Assembly: GCA_044866005.1 (NCBI GenBank)
Contig: JBIOTN010000161.1
Coordinates: forward strand, 1 to 20,099
Direction of reading: 5' to 3'
Length of the DNA stretch: 20,099 nt
Source of the DNA: Candidatus Rokuibacteriota bacterium
GTDB lineage: Bacteria; Methylomirabilota; Methylomirabilia; Rokubacteriales; DASRDR01
A program made the position numbers and the translations under genes. Shown here piece by piece: positions 1-7,785 of this stretch. The stretch's first letter is position 1. Each line of letters begins with the position of its first letter. The notes under the pieces are model-generated. The model was not told where the DNA came from, ran no database searches, and saw nothing but the letters and a program-made list of their open reading frames with translations.

Positions 1-823
1 TGGCCAGCACCCGCGCCTCCTCCTCAGTCCTCATGGTTCTCTCGATGAGCGTGATCCCCAGACGGCGAGCGGCCTCGCGGTACCCTTTGCCGATGGCCAC
101 GGCGTAGGCGTCGCTGGGGTCGTACGCGAACAGGACGCGTTTCACACCTGGAACCAGTTCCCGAAAGATTTCGAGGCGCTTCGGACTAAGTTCGAGGTCC
201 AGGTCCGTTACACCTGTGATGTTGCCGCCGGGCTGGGCGAAGCTCTTGACGAGTCCGAGTTCGACGGGGTCGCCGATCGGGGCGGCGAAGACGATGGGGA
301 TCCGGTCGGTTGCCGTTCGAGCTGCCCTCGCGGCGTGGATCCCGGTCACGAAGAAGATGTCCACGCCCTGCTGGCTCAGCTCTCGGGCCGCTGTGGACAA
401 CGCCGCGATGTCGCCCTGCGTGAAGCGGACGCCGATGACGAACTGCTCGCCCTCCCTATAGCCGCGCTCGATCAGGCCATCGCGGAGGCCCACCATAGGC
501 GGCGTCGGTCCCCACGACTCGGTGAGCGCACCAATCCGTATTGGTCCGGAGCGCTGCGCCGCTTCGATGGAGACGCCCACCAGGCCGCCGGTCATTAGCG
601 CGATGGCAAGCAGGTAGTGAGGCCACCAGCGCACGCGGATCGCCGGCCGGACGGCTCGCGGACAGAGCGGGATTCGGGCCGACTGCCTGACGTGAGAACA
701 GAACCGCGCCGAGGGCGTCACCTGGCCATCACAGGTCGGGCAGGTTCGCGCGAGTGGGGCCGCGCACTCCTCGCAGAACTTCGCGCCCGCCTCGTTCTCG
801 TGCTGGCACCGTGGACATTTCAT
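1..823 (-). CDS. ABC transporter substrate-binding protein (ABC_sub_bind/DUF534-type) with N-terminal double zinc-ribbon-like segment; 3' end runs off the window
   Basis: Manual translation (absent from the ORF track): MKCPRCQHENEAGAKFCEECAAPLARTCPTCDGQVTPSARFCSHV...VRWWPHYLLAIALMTGGLVGVSIEAAQRSGPIRIGAL...GLRDGLIERGYREGEQFVI...ATDRIPIVFAAPIGDPVELGLVKSFAQPGGNITGV...KRLEIFRELVP. The IPIVF/DPV.LGLV.S.A.PGGNITG/KRLE motifs are typical of this family. ATG at 823 is preceded by AAAGGGA; an alternative start is GTG at 634. Confidence 0.85.
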   Translation of the reverse strand, partial: MKCPRCQHENEAGAKFCEECAAPLARTCPTCDGQVTPSARFCSHVRQSARIPLCPRAVRPAIRVRWWPHYLLAIALMTGGLVGVSIEAAQRSGPIRIGALTESWGPTPPMVGLRDGLIERGYREGEQFVIGVRFTQGDIAALSTAARELSQQGVDIFFVTGIHAARAARTATDRIPIVFAAPIGDPVELGLVKSFAQPGGNITGVTDLDLELSPKRLEIFRELVPGVKRVLFAYDPSDAYAVAIGKGYREAARRLGITLIERTMRTEEEARVLA

Positions 824-902
824 CGGCCGGACATCCCTTTGCAGTAACAGTATGGTCAGTTTCCTGCCCCGCCAAGAGCGGACCGAGCATAGCTGGCGGC
901 TC

Positions 903-1949
903 TCAGCGGGTCAAGGCTCGCCGAGCCGGCTCGCCGAGCCGGCGAGAACTGGTGGTCGACACTTTCTCAGTCATTCGGGCTGGTCGGTAGATCCACACCT
1001 CTACGGGACGCGTCGGCGGCTTGGGGAGCCCACCGGGGAAGCGTTCCGGGTGTGCGGCATAGGCTGTGGCGAGCACGGTCGCCCGCGCGGCGACGCGTTC
1101 TTCGGCCAGACCGTGATACACGTCGGCGGGCGTCAGCAGCCCGAGGCCACTATGCCGGTGCTCCGTGTTGTACCAGGGAAAGAAGACGTGGCAGTGGGCC
1201 CGGGCGTCCTGGATCGAGCCGAACCGCTCCGGGAAGGCTGGGCGATACTTCAGCGTCTTGAACTGCGCCTCCGAGAACGGGTTGTCATTGGAGACGTGCG
1301 GGCGGGCATGCGTCTTGGTAACGCCCAGGTCGGCCAGGAGCAGCGCCACGGGCTTCGAAGTCATGGCGGCTCCCCGGTCGGCGTGGATGGTCAGCTGAAT
1401 ACGGGCGATGCCTTGCCGGGCGCACGTCTCGCGGATGAACCGCTCGGCCAGCGTGGCGCTCTCCCGATGGGCCACCATCCAGCCGACGACGTACCGGCTG
1501 AAGACGTCGAGCATGACGTAGAGGTAGAAGTAGGTCCACTTCGCCGGCCCGACGAGCTTGGTGATGTCCCAGCTCCACAGTTCATTGGGTCCGCGGGCCA
1601 GCAGCTCGGGAGCCGCGTAGCGCGGATGCCGCAATTGATTCCGGCGTTCGCGCACCTCGTCGTGCTCGGCGAGGATGCGGTACATCGTGCGCTCCGAGCA
1701 GAGATACCGGCCTTCATCGAGCAGCGTAGCGTAGACCTCGGCCGGGGCGAGGTCCACGAATCGGGACTCGTGGAGCAGCGCGAGGATCTCGGCGCGCTCA
1801 TCGGCGGCAAGCGTTCGAGGCGATGGCCGCCGCGGCGGCCGGGCGCCCGGAGGCCACTGTCGCCGGTAGTAGGTGGCCCGCGGCAGCCCGAGCGCGGCGC
1901 ATGTCGGCGCGATGCCAAGCCGGCACCCGACCTCCGTCACCGTGGCCAT
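903..1949 (-). CDS. IS3-family transposase OrfB (DDE/rve integrase core)
   Basis: MATVTEV...LPRATYYR...CSERTMYRIL...PNELWSWDIT...LDVFSRYVVGW...IHADRG...DNPFSEAQFKTLK...WYNTEHRHSGLG. All three D/D/E residues are present. The tail after VWI may be foreign sequence. Confidence 0.88.
   Translation of the reverse strand: MATVTEVGCRLGIAPTCAALGLPRATYYRRQWPPGARPPRRPSPRTLAADERAEILALLHESRFVDLAPAEVYATLLDEGRYLCSERTMYRILAEHDEVRERRNQLRHPRYAAPELLARGPNELWSWDITKLVGPAKWTYFYLYVMLDVFSRYVVGWMVAHRESATLAERFIRETCARQGIARIQLTIHADRGAAMTSKPVALLLADLGVTKTHARPHVSNDNPFSEAQFKTLKYRPAFPERFGSIQDARAHCHVFFPWYNTEHRHSGLGLLTPADVYHGLAEERVAARATVLATAYAAHPERFPGGLPKPPTRPVEVWIYRPARMTEKVSTTSSRRLGEPARRALTR
915..940. repeat. Tandem 13-bp palindromic repeat (GGCTCG-C-CGAGCC)x2
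   Basis: Two exact adjacent copies at 915-927 and 928-940. Each is an inverted repeat around a single central base. Confidence 0.8.
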
Positions 1950-2225
1950 CAGGAGCGCTCGGACTCGAGCGGCATCGCCAGCAACGCCGCCAGTTTTTTT
2001 GCACCTCGACCAGGGCCTCCGCGCGCTCCGCACGCTTTCGCCAGCGTGCCGTCTCCCGTTCCAACTCGGCGATCCGCTTATCCCGCGGGTCCACAGGCTG
2101 CTGGGCCGGCCCGCGCCTCTTCGGGGCCCGGCCAATTCCCCCCGATCTCGGGCGGCGCGCCAGGTCGCGAGGTGGGAAGAGTACAGGCCCTCCCGGCGCA
2201 GCAGCGCCCCGACCGCCCCCGCGAC
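1949..2225 (-). pseudogene. IS3-family OrfA remnant (5'-truncated, two frameshifts)
   Basis: OrfA similarity is split over three frames: GALLRREGLYSSHLATWRAARDRGELAG | APKRRGPAQQPVDPRDKRIAELERETARWRKRAERAEALVEVQK | LAALLAMPLESERS*. Shifts fall near 2128 and in the A7 run. Confidence 0.75.
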
Positions 2226-2330
2226 ACCGACGAACCGCCTTTGGCGCAAGCTCACCAGCAGTAGCCAGCTGTAGCTTCACGTGCGTCGGATCGAAAGTTA
2301 GACCCTGCTCCTCCTCAGGACAGAACTCGA

Positions 2331-2639
2331 TTGCTCGGCCAGGCGCAGGCGAACAGGGACACGCTCAAACGTCTGTACGACGAGGCGCGCTCCGTGTTCC
2401 AGGCCGAATCCAAACTCGCCAGCCGCCACTTGGCACTGGTCAAGCTGGTCGGCGAGTGCCTCAAGGCGAAGATCGACCGGGACGAGATCGGGCGCACCTT
2501 ACCGGGCCCATCGGGGCCTGCCGTTCGACGCGCCCGTGTCAGACGACGTGAAGCGTTCCAGGGCGGCGACAATCCGAAGCTATCGGTCTATCCGCGTTTT
2601 GACGCGGCGCGATGTTTCAGTGAAACTCTAATACCGTAG
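2331..2639 (+). CDS. Possible gene fragment, unknown helical protein
   Basis: The first ~55 codons (RDTLKRLYDEARSVFQAESKLASRHLALVKLVGECLKAKIDRDEIG) look protein-like. There is no RBS and no recognisable family. Confidence 0.2.
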   Translation: MLGQAQANRDTLKRLYDEARSVFQAESKLASRHLALVKLVGECLKAKIDRDEIGRTLPGPSGPAVRRARVRRREAFQGGDNPKLSVYPRFDAARCFSETLIP

Positions 2640-2648
2640 GTATTAGAG
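2592..2648. other. AT-rich cluster of three adjacent inverted repeats
   Basis: CCGCGT-TTTG-ACGCGG (2592-2607), GTTTCA-G-TGAAAC (2614-2626) and CTCTAATACC-GTA-GGTATTAGAG (2626-2648). Confidence 0.8.
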
Positions 2649-2795
2649 AGTAGAAAGGATACAGCGCGCCTCTTCGGCCTTGTCCTTGGCGTTCTCGGCT
2701 TGCTTCAGACCGAAATCGCGGCGAAGCGTAAGCAGTGGGAGAGGTCGCGGCTGCCGGGGAGCCGGATCATTCTCAGCATCGGGCGCTCCCGCACA

Positions 2796-4535
2796 TCACC
2801 GGGACAGCGCCGAGCCCGACTCGTGGGCGGGCTCGTCGACAAGCGGGAGCAGGATGTGGGAGGGGTGCGCGACGTCGTGGTAGACGGTCTGCGTGGCGGG
2901 GCGGAGCTCGGCGTCGAGGCCGAAGGCGTGGCCCGTGTTGGGGTTCCGGTCGAACTGGGGGAAGTTGGAGGACGAGATCTCGACCCGGATCCGGTGACCC
3001 GGCAGGAAGCAGTTGGACGACGACCAGCAGTCGACCTCGTAGCGATAGATCCGGCCGGGCTCCAGCAGGGTCGGGTTCTCCCACGACTCCCGGAACCGCG
3101 CGCGGATGATGCCCTGCGCGACGTTCATGGCGTAGCCCGAGGGGAAGACGTCCACGACCTTCGCGGTGAAGTCGGTGTCGGGCGCGGTTGACGCCGCCCA
3201 CAGGACCACCCGGATCGGCCCCGTCACCTCGACCGCCGCCTCGAGCGGCGGGGTCGTGTAGACGAGGACGTCCGGCCGCCACTCCGCGGGACGCTGGTCG
3301 CGCGGCCCCATCGTGATCGGCGTCACGTCCTCCCCGCAGCAGGTGCTCCCGCCGAGCGTGGGCACGGGATCCCGCGGATCGTAGACGAAGCGGTCCGGCG
3401 GCTCCTCCCCCGGCCGCCGCCGGTCGAGCCCGCCGTCGCCGAAGAGCGAGTTCGCCCGCCCGCCGCTCCGGAAGTAGTACTCGACCTGGCGCGTGCCCGG
3501 GATGGGCCACTCCTCCGCCGTGCGCCAGCGGTTCGCGCCCATGACGAAGACCCGCACGGGCGGCTCGCGCAGCACGCCCGTGTCGATGCCGCGGAGCCAG
3601 TAGTCGAACCACCGGAGCTCCTCGGCGCGGAGGTCCACGAGCGCGGCAGGGCCGAAGTCGAGGTCGCCCGTGCGGCTCGTCGTGCCCCGATCGCCGAGAC
3701 AGTGGATCCAGGGCCCGATCAGGAGCTTCTGGCCGCGGCGCGCCCGCTCCGAGGCGCCGCGACTCCGCACGCCCATGAAGTTGTTGAGCGTGGACTGGAG
3801 GAAGACGTCGTACCAGCCGCCGAAGCCGTAGGCCGGCACGTCGATCTGGTCGTAGTCCTTCTCGACGTTCCCGAGCTTCTCCCAGTACGAGTCGTAGGCG
3901 GGGTGGCGGATCCACGCCTTGTAGAACTCGCAGACGCGGCCCGCGTTCTCGTCGCCGTCCACGAGCGGCAGGTGCCAGAAGAGTGCCGAGAGGTGCTGCT
4001 CCGGGGGCATCCACAACTGCTGGACCTGGTTGGTCCGCGTGTGCATCTGGATCGCGCCCCACCGGAGATTGAAGCCGAGCTGGAAGGCCCCACCGGTGTA
4101 GACCCAGTTGTGGTAGAGGTTCGAGAACCCGACGCGCGGCGCCATCGCCGCGAGGTGCGGGTTGCGGAGGGGGGCCGACAGCCACTGGGTCAGGGCGACG
4201 TACGAGGCGCCGCTGGTCCCGACCTTGCCGGTGGACCAGGGCTGGGTCCCGCACCACTCCTGGGCATCGTAGCCGTCGAGCGCCTCGTGGACGAACGGCG
4301 ACCACTCCCCCTCGGAGTCGAACCGGCCCCGGCAGTCCTGGATCGCGACCGCGTAGCCGCGCTGGGCGAAATAGACGGCGTCCTGAACCTGGTAATCGAT
4401 GTTGTTGCTGTACGGGGTGCGGATGAGGATGACGGGAAAGGGGCCGGGGGCATCGGGGAGGTAGACGTCGGTCGACAGCCGGACCCCGTCGCGCATGGCG
4501 ACGGGCACCCCCAGCCTCGTGCGGATCCGGTGCAT
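2796..4535 (-). CDS. CocE/NonD family hydrolase (peptidase S15-like with PepX_C domain)
   Basis: MRDGVRLSTDVYLP, RTPY, QDCRGRFDSEG, nucleophile motif GASY, GGWYD, GPWIH, YDPRDPVPTLGG, GHRIRVEISSSNFPQFDRNPNTG. Start moved to ATG 4535 (MHRIR...). Confidence 0.93.
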   Translation of the reverse strand: MHRIRTRLGVPVAMRDGVRLSTDVYLPDAPGPFPVILIRTPYSNNIDYQVQDAVYFAQRGYAVAIQDCRGRFDSEGEWSPFVHEALDGYDAQEWCGTQPWSTGKVGTSGASYVALTQWLSAPLRNPHLAAMAPRVGFSNLYHNWVYTGGAFQLGFNLRWGAIQMHTRTNQVQQLWMPPEQHLSALFWHLPLVDGDENAGRVCEFYKAWIRHPAYDSYWEKLGNVEKDYDQIDVPAYGFGGWYDVFLQSTLNNFMGVRSRGASERARRGQKLLIGPWIHCLGDRGTTSRTGDLDFGPAALVDLRAEELRWFDYWLRGIDTGVLREPPVRVFVMGANRWRTAEEWPIPGTRQVEYYFRSGGRANSLFGDGGLDRRRPGEEPPDRFVYDPRDPVPTLGGSTCCGEDVTPITMGPRDQRPAEWRPDVLVYTTPPLEAAVEVTGPIRVVLWAASTAPDTDFTAKVVDVFPSGYAMNVAQGIIRARFRESWENPTLLEPGRIYRYEVDCWSSSNCFLPGHRIRVEISSSNFPQFDRNPNTGHAFGLDAELRPATQTVYHDVAHPSHILLPLVDEPAHESGSALSR

Positions 4536-4545
4536 GAGCGGCGCG

Positions 4546-4554
4546 ATGCTACCA
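4546..4554 (-). promoter_or_regulatory. Putative extended -10 promoter for the CocE/NonD gene
   Basis: Minus strand reads TG-G-TAGCAT, ending 10 nt before the ATG at 4535. No SD is visible. Confidence 0.45.
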
Positions 4555-4596
4555 CGCCGCCCGGAGGACCGACAAGGCGGCCCGGCCCGTTTCGGG

Positions 4597-4602
4597 TACA
4601 CT
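4597..4602 (+). promoter_or_regulatory. Putative -10 element (TACACT) for treY
   Basis: TAnnnT hexamer in the divergent intergenic region, upstream of the GGGAG SD at 4651 and the GTG at 4669. Confidence 0.35.
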
Positions 4603-4620
4603 AGGAGCATCGGGTCCGGT

Positions 4621-4650
4621 TGGCGGCTGCCTTCCCGCGGCAGCCCGCCA
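4621..4650 (+). promoter_or_regulatory. GC-rich hairpin in the treY leader, directly 5' of the SD
   Basis: TGGCGGCTGCC-TTCCCGC-GGCAGCCCGCCA: an 11-bp stem with one bulge. Confidence 0.4.
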
Positions 4651-4668
4651 GGGAGTCCTCAGAACGTC

Positions 4669-7578
4669 GTGACGGCCGAGCCACATCCGCACGAGGCGTC
4701 CCGGTCCCCGCGCCGGCGTCTGCCGTGGGCGACCTATCGCCTGCAGTTCAACCACCGCTTCACCTTCCAGGACGCGGCCGCGATCGCGCCGTACCTCAAA
4801 CGGCTCGGCATCACGGACTGCTACGCCTCGCCGTACTTCAAGGCACGCCCCGGGAGCCTCCACGGCTACGACATCTCCGACCACAACGCCCTCAACCCCG
4901 AGATCGGCTCGGAAGCGGATTACGAGGCCTTCGTGGCGGCCCTCCAGGCCAACGGGCTCGGGCAGCTCCTCGACATCATCCCGAACCACATGGGCGTCGG
5001 GGAGCCGGGCAACGTCTGGTGGATGGACGTGCTGACGCACGGGCCCGGCTCGTACTTCGCGCGCGCCTTCGACATCGATTGGTACCCCGTGAAGACCGAG
5101 CTGCGGGACCGGCTCCTGCTGCCGATCCTCGGCGACCAGTACGGGCTCGTGCTGGAGAAGGGGGAGCTCACGCTCGCCTACGAGGACGGCGCCTTCTTCG
5201 TCCGCTACTACGACTTCCAGCTCCCGGTCGATCCCCGCTCGGCCACCGACGTCCTCGAGCTCGACCTCGACCGCCTGGACCAGGGGCTCGGCCCGGACCA
5301 CCCGGACGTGATGGAGCTCCGGAGCCTCGTCACCGCGCTGCGGCACCTTCCCGCCCAGCGGGACACCGACGTCGAGCGGTACCGGGAGCGCCGGCGCGAG
5401 GCCGCGGTGATCCGGCGGCGGCTCGAGCGCCTCCGCGCGACCTCCCCCGCGGTGAAGGAGTTTCTCGACGAGAACATCCGCGCCTTCAACGGGCAGAAGG
5501 GCCAGCCGCGGAGCTTCGACCGGCTCGACGCGCTCCTCGAGCGCCAGGCCTACCGGCTGGCCTTCTGGCGTGTCGCGGCGGAGGAGATCAATTATCGGCG
5601 CTTCTTCGACATCAACCAGCTCGCCGCGATCCGCGTGGAGGACCCGATCGTCTTCGAGGAGACCCACCGCCTGGTCAATCGCCTGGTCCGCGAGGGCAAG
5701 GTCACCGGCCTCAGGGTGGATCACCTCGACGGTCTCTACGACCCGGCGGGCTACCTCCGGCGGCTGCAGGAGCTGGGCGGGGGCACGGCCGGGGACCCCG
5801 GCTGCTACCTCGTCGTGGAGAAGGTCCTGCTCGGTCCCGAGCGCCTCCGGGAAGGCTGGCCGATCCACGGGACCACCGGCTACACCTTCGCCAACCTGGT
5901 GACCGGCATCCTCGTCGACCGCGCGCACTTCCGGGTCATGGACCGGATCTACCGCGGCTACAGCGGGCGGTCCATCTCTTACGCCGACGAGGTCTACGAC
6001 AAGAAGCGGCTCATCATGCGGGTCAGCCTCGCCAGCGAGATGCAGATGCTCGGCCACCGCCTGGACCAGCTCTCGGAGATGCACCGCCGGACGCGCGACT
6101 TCACGCTGATGAGCCTCACGGAGGCCCTGCGCGAGGTCATCGCGGCCTTCCCCGTCTACCGAACCTACACCGGCGCCTTCGAGGTCCACCCGGCCGATCG
6201 CGCGGTCATCGAGTACGCGGTGCGCGTCGCGCGCGGGCGGAACCCGACGACCAACGTGTCGGTCTACGACTTCGTTCGGGACACGCTCCTCCTGCGGCTG
6301 CCGGAGGGCGCCGACGACGCGTACCGGCAGGCGCAGCTCGAGTTCGTGATGAAGTTCCAGCAGGTCACGGGCCCCGTCATGGCGAAGGCCGTGGAGGACA
6401 CCGTCTTCTACACCTTCAACCGGCTCCTGTCGCTGAACGAGGTCGGCGGGGACCCCGAGCGCTTCGGCCTCCCGCTCGAGGCCTTCCACGCGCGGAACGC
6501 GGAGCGAGCGGAGCGCTGGCCGCACACCATGTGCGCCACCGCGACCCACGACACCAAGCGCGGCGAGGACGTGCGCGCGCGGATCAGCGTGCTCTCCGAG
6601 GTCCCGCGCGAGTGGCAGGCGCGCCTCGCGCGCTGGCGCCGCCTCAACCGGCGGCGGCGCGAGGCGGTCGGCGAGCGACGGGCGCCGAGCCGCAACGAGG
6701 AGTATCTCTTCTATCAGACGCTCGTCGGCGCCTGGCCGCTCACCCCGCTGGACGCCGCGGGCCACCAGGCCGTCGTGGAGCGGTTGACCGCGTACACGCT
6801 GAAAGCGGTCCGCGAGGCCAAGGTCAACACGAGCTGGATCAACCCCGACGAGGCCTACGAGCGGGCGCTCCAGCGCTACGTCACGCGGGTGCTCGACCGC
6901 GGCGAGAACGCGGGGTTCCTGGACGACCTCGAGGCCTTCCTGGCCGAGATCGGCGACGCGGGGCTCTTCGCGGCCCTCTCCCAGGCGCTCTTGAAGACCA
7001 CGTGTCCCGGGGTCGCGGACTTCTACCAGGGAACGGAGCTCTGGGATTTCTCGCTCGTGGACCCCGACAACCGCGGCCCCGTGGACTACGCGCGCCGGTC
7101 CGCCTTGCTGGAGGAGCTGGAAGCGCGCGCGGCCGGTCCCCGCGCGGACCCGCGCGCGCTGGCGGGGGAGCTCCTCGCCGCGCGCCGCGACGGGCGGGTG
7201 AAGCTCTACCTCGTCTGGCGGGCCCTCCACGCGCGCGCGCGGCACCCGGCGCTGCAGCCGGGCGGCGGCTACCGGCCGCTCACGGTGACCGGCTCACGGG
7301 CCGACCACGTGTGCGCCTTCGCCCGCGTCGCGAACGACGACCACGTCGTCGTGATCGCGCCGCGCTGGTACGCGCGCCTGCGGGGCGCCGGCGGGCCGCT
7401 CGGCCGGGACGTCTGGGGGGACACCGAGGTGGCGCTCGAGGGGAGCGGGAACGCCGCGGCCTACCGCCACGTCTTCACGGGCGAGCCGGTGTCCGGCCGC
7501 ACCGCCGGCGGCCGGCATGCTCTGGCGCTCGCCGACGCGCTCGCGACCTTCCCCGTCGCCCTTCTCGAGCCGGCCTGA
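4669..7578 (+). CDS. treY: Malto-oligosyltrehalose synthase (GH13)
   Basis: ATYRLQF, YASPYFKARPGSLHGYD, DIIPNHMG, WWMDVL, EINYRRFFDIN, GLRVDHLDGL (Asp), VVEKVL (Glu), TATHDTKRGEDVRARI (Asp), PGVADFYQGTELWDFSLVDPDNR. Start at GTG 4669 inferred from the SD. Confidence 0.96.
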   Translation: MTAEPHPHEASRSPRRRLPWATYRLQFNHRFTFQDAAAIAPYLKRLGITDCYASPYFKARPGSLHGYDISDHNALNPEIGSEADYEAFVAALQANGLGQLLDIIPNHMGVGEPGNVWWMDVLTHGPGSYFARAFDIDWYPVKTELRDRLLLPILGDQYGLVLEKGELTLAYEDGAFFVRYYDFQLPVDPRSATDVLELDLDRLDQGLGPDHPDVMELRSLVTALRHLPAQRDTDVERYRERRREAAVIRRRLERLRATSPAVKEFLDENIRAFNGQKGQPRSFDRLDALLERQAYRLAFWRVAAEEINYRRFFDINQLAAIRVEDPIVFEETHRLVNRLVREGKVTGLRVDHLDGLYDPAGYLRRLQELGGGTAGDPGCYLVVEKVLLGPERLREGWPIHGTTGYTFANLVTGILVDRAHFRVMDRIYRGYSGRSISYADEVYDKKRLIMRVSLASEMQMLGHRLDQLSEMHRRTRDFTLMSLTEALREVIAAFPVYRTYTGAFEVHPADRAVIEYAVRVARGRNPTTNVSVYDFVRDTLLLRLPEGADDAYRQAQLEFVMKFQQVTGPVMAKAVEDTVFYTFNRLLSLNEVGGDPERFGLPLEAFHARNAERAERWPHTMCATATHDTKRGEDVRARISVLSEVPREWQARLARWRRLNRRRREAVGERRAPSRNEEYLFYQTLVGAWPLTPLDAAGHQAVVERLTAYTLKAVREAKVNTSWINPDEAYERALQRYVTRVLDRGENAGFLDDLEAFLAEIGDAGLFAALSQALLKTTCPGVADFYQGTELWDFSLVDPDNRGPVDYARRSALLEELEARAAGPRADPRALAGELLAARRDGRVKLYLVWRALHARARHPALQPGGGYRPLTVTGSRADHVCAFARVANDDHVVVIAPRWYARLRGAGGPLGRDVWGDTEVALEGSGNAAAYRHVFTGEPVSGRTAGGRHALALADALATFPVALLEPA

Positions 7579-7651
7579 GTCTCTCGGAGGGGGCCTCCAC
7601 GGCCCCCTCCGATTCCTCCCCCCGGATTCGTCGCGGCGGCAACGCCGCCGC
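7578..7651 (+). repeat. REP-like palindromic element, copy 1 (at the treY stop)
   Basis: AGTCTC-TCGGAGGGGGCC-TCCAC-GGCCCCCTCCGA-TTCCTCCCCC, then GCGGCGGC-AAC-GCCGCCGC. 43/45 nt identical to the reverse complement of 10771-10815. Confidence 0.85.
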
Positions 7652-7720
7652 TCGGATCGCCCGGCGAGCGCGCGAGGCGGGTGCAGCGGCTGGCGCTTCG
7701 CCGCCGCGGGTCCGGTCCCC

Positions 7721-7785
7721 GGCTTCGCCGCCGCAACGGCGGGGGGGCCTCGGGGGGGTCTTCCGAGACCCCCCGAAGCAACTAG
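7721..7785 (-). repeat. REP-like palindromic element, diverged copy 2 (at the HtrA stop)
   Basis: Minus strand CTAG-TTGCT-TCGGGGGGTCT-CGGA-AGACCCCCCCGA-GGCCCCCCC...GTTGCGGCGGCGAAGCC. Same architecture as copy 1, in the opposite orientation. Confidence 0.7.

Larger units (their letters stand above)
903..2255 (-). mobile_element. Degenerate IS3-family insertion sequence (orfA/orfB); terminal inverted repeats not identified
   Basis: OrfA-like GALLRREGLYSSHLATWR and KRIAELERE...AEALVEVQK segments, an A-run at 1994-2000, a TGATG stop/start overlap at 1951-1947, and OrfB with an rve DDE core. Confidence 0.85.

Noticed and set aside
852..2264. 470-aa plus-strand ORF
   Set aside because: Antisense shadow of the IS3 transposase.
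2574..2661. Retron msr-msd, tRNA or Rho-independent terminator
   Set aside because: No reverse transcriptase nearby, no tRNA D/T-loop motifs and no convincing U-tract directly after a gene.
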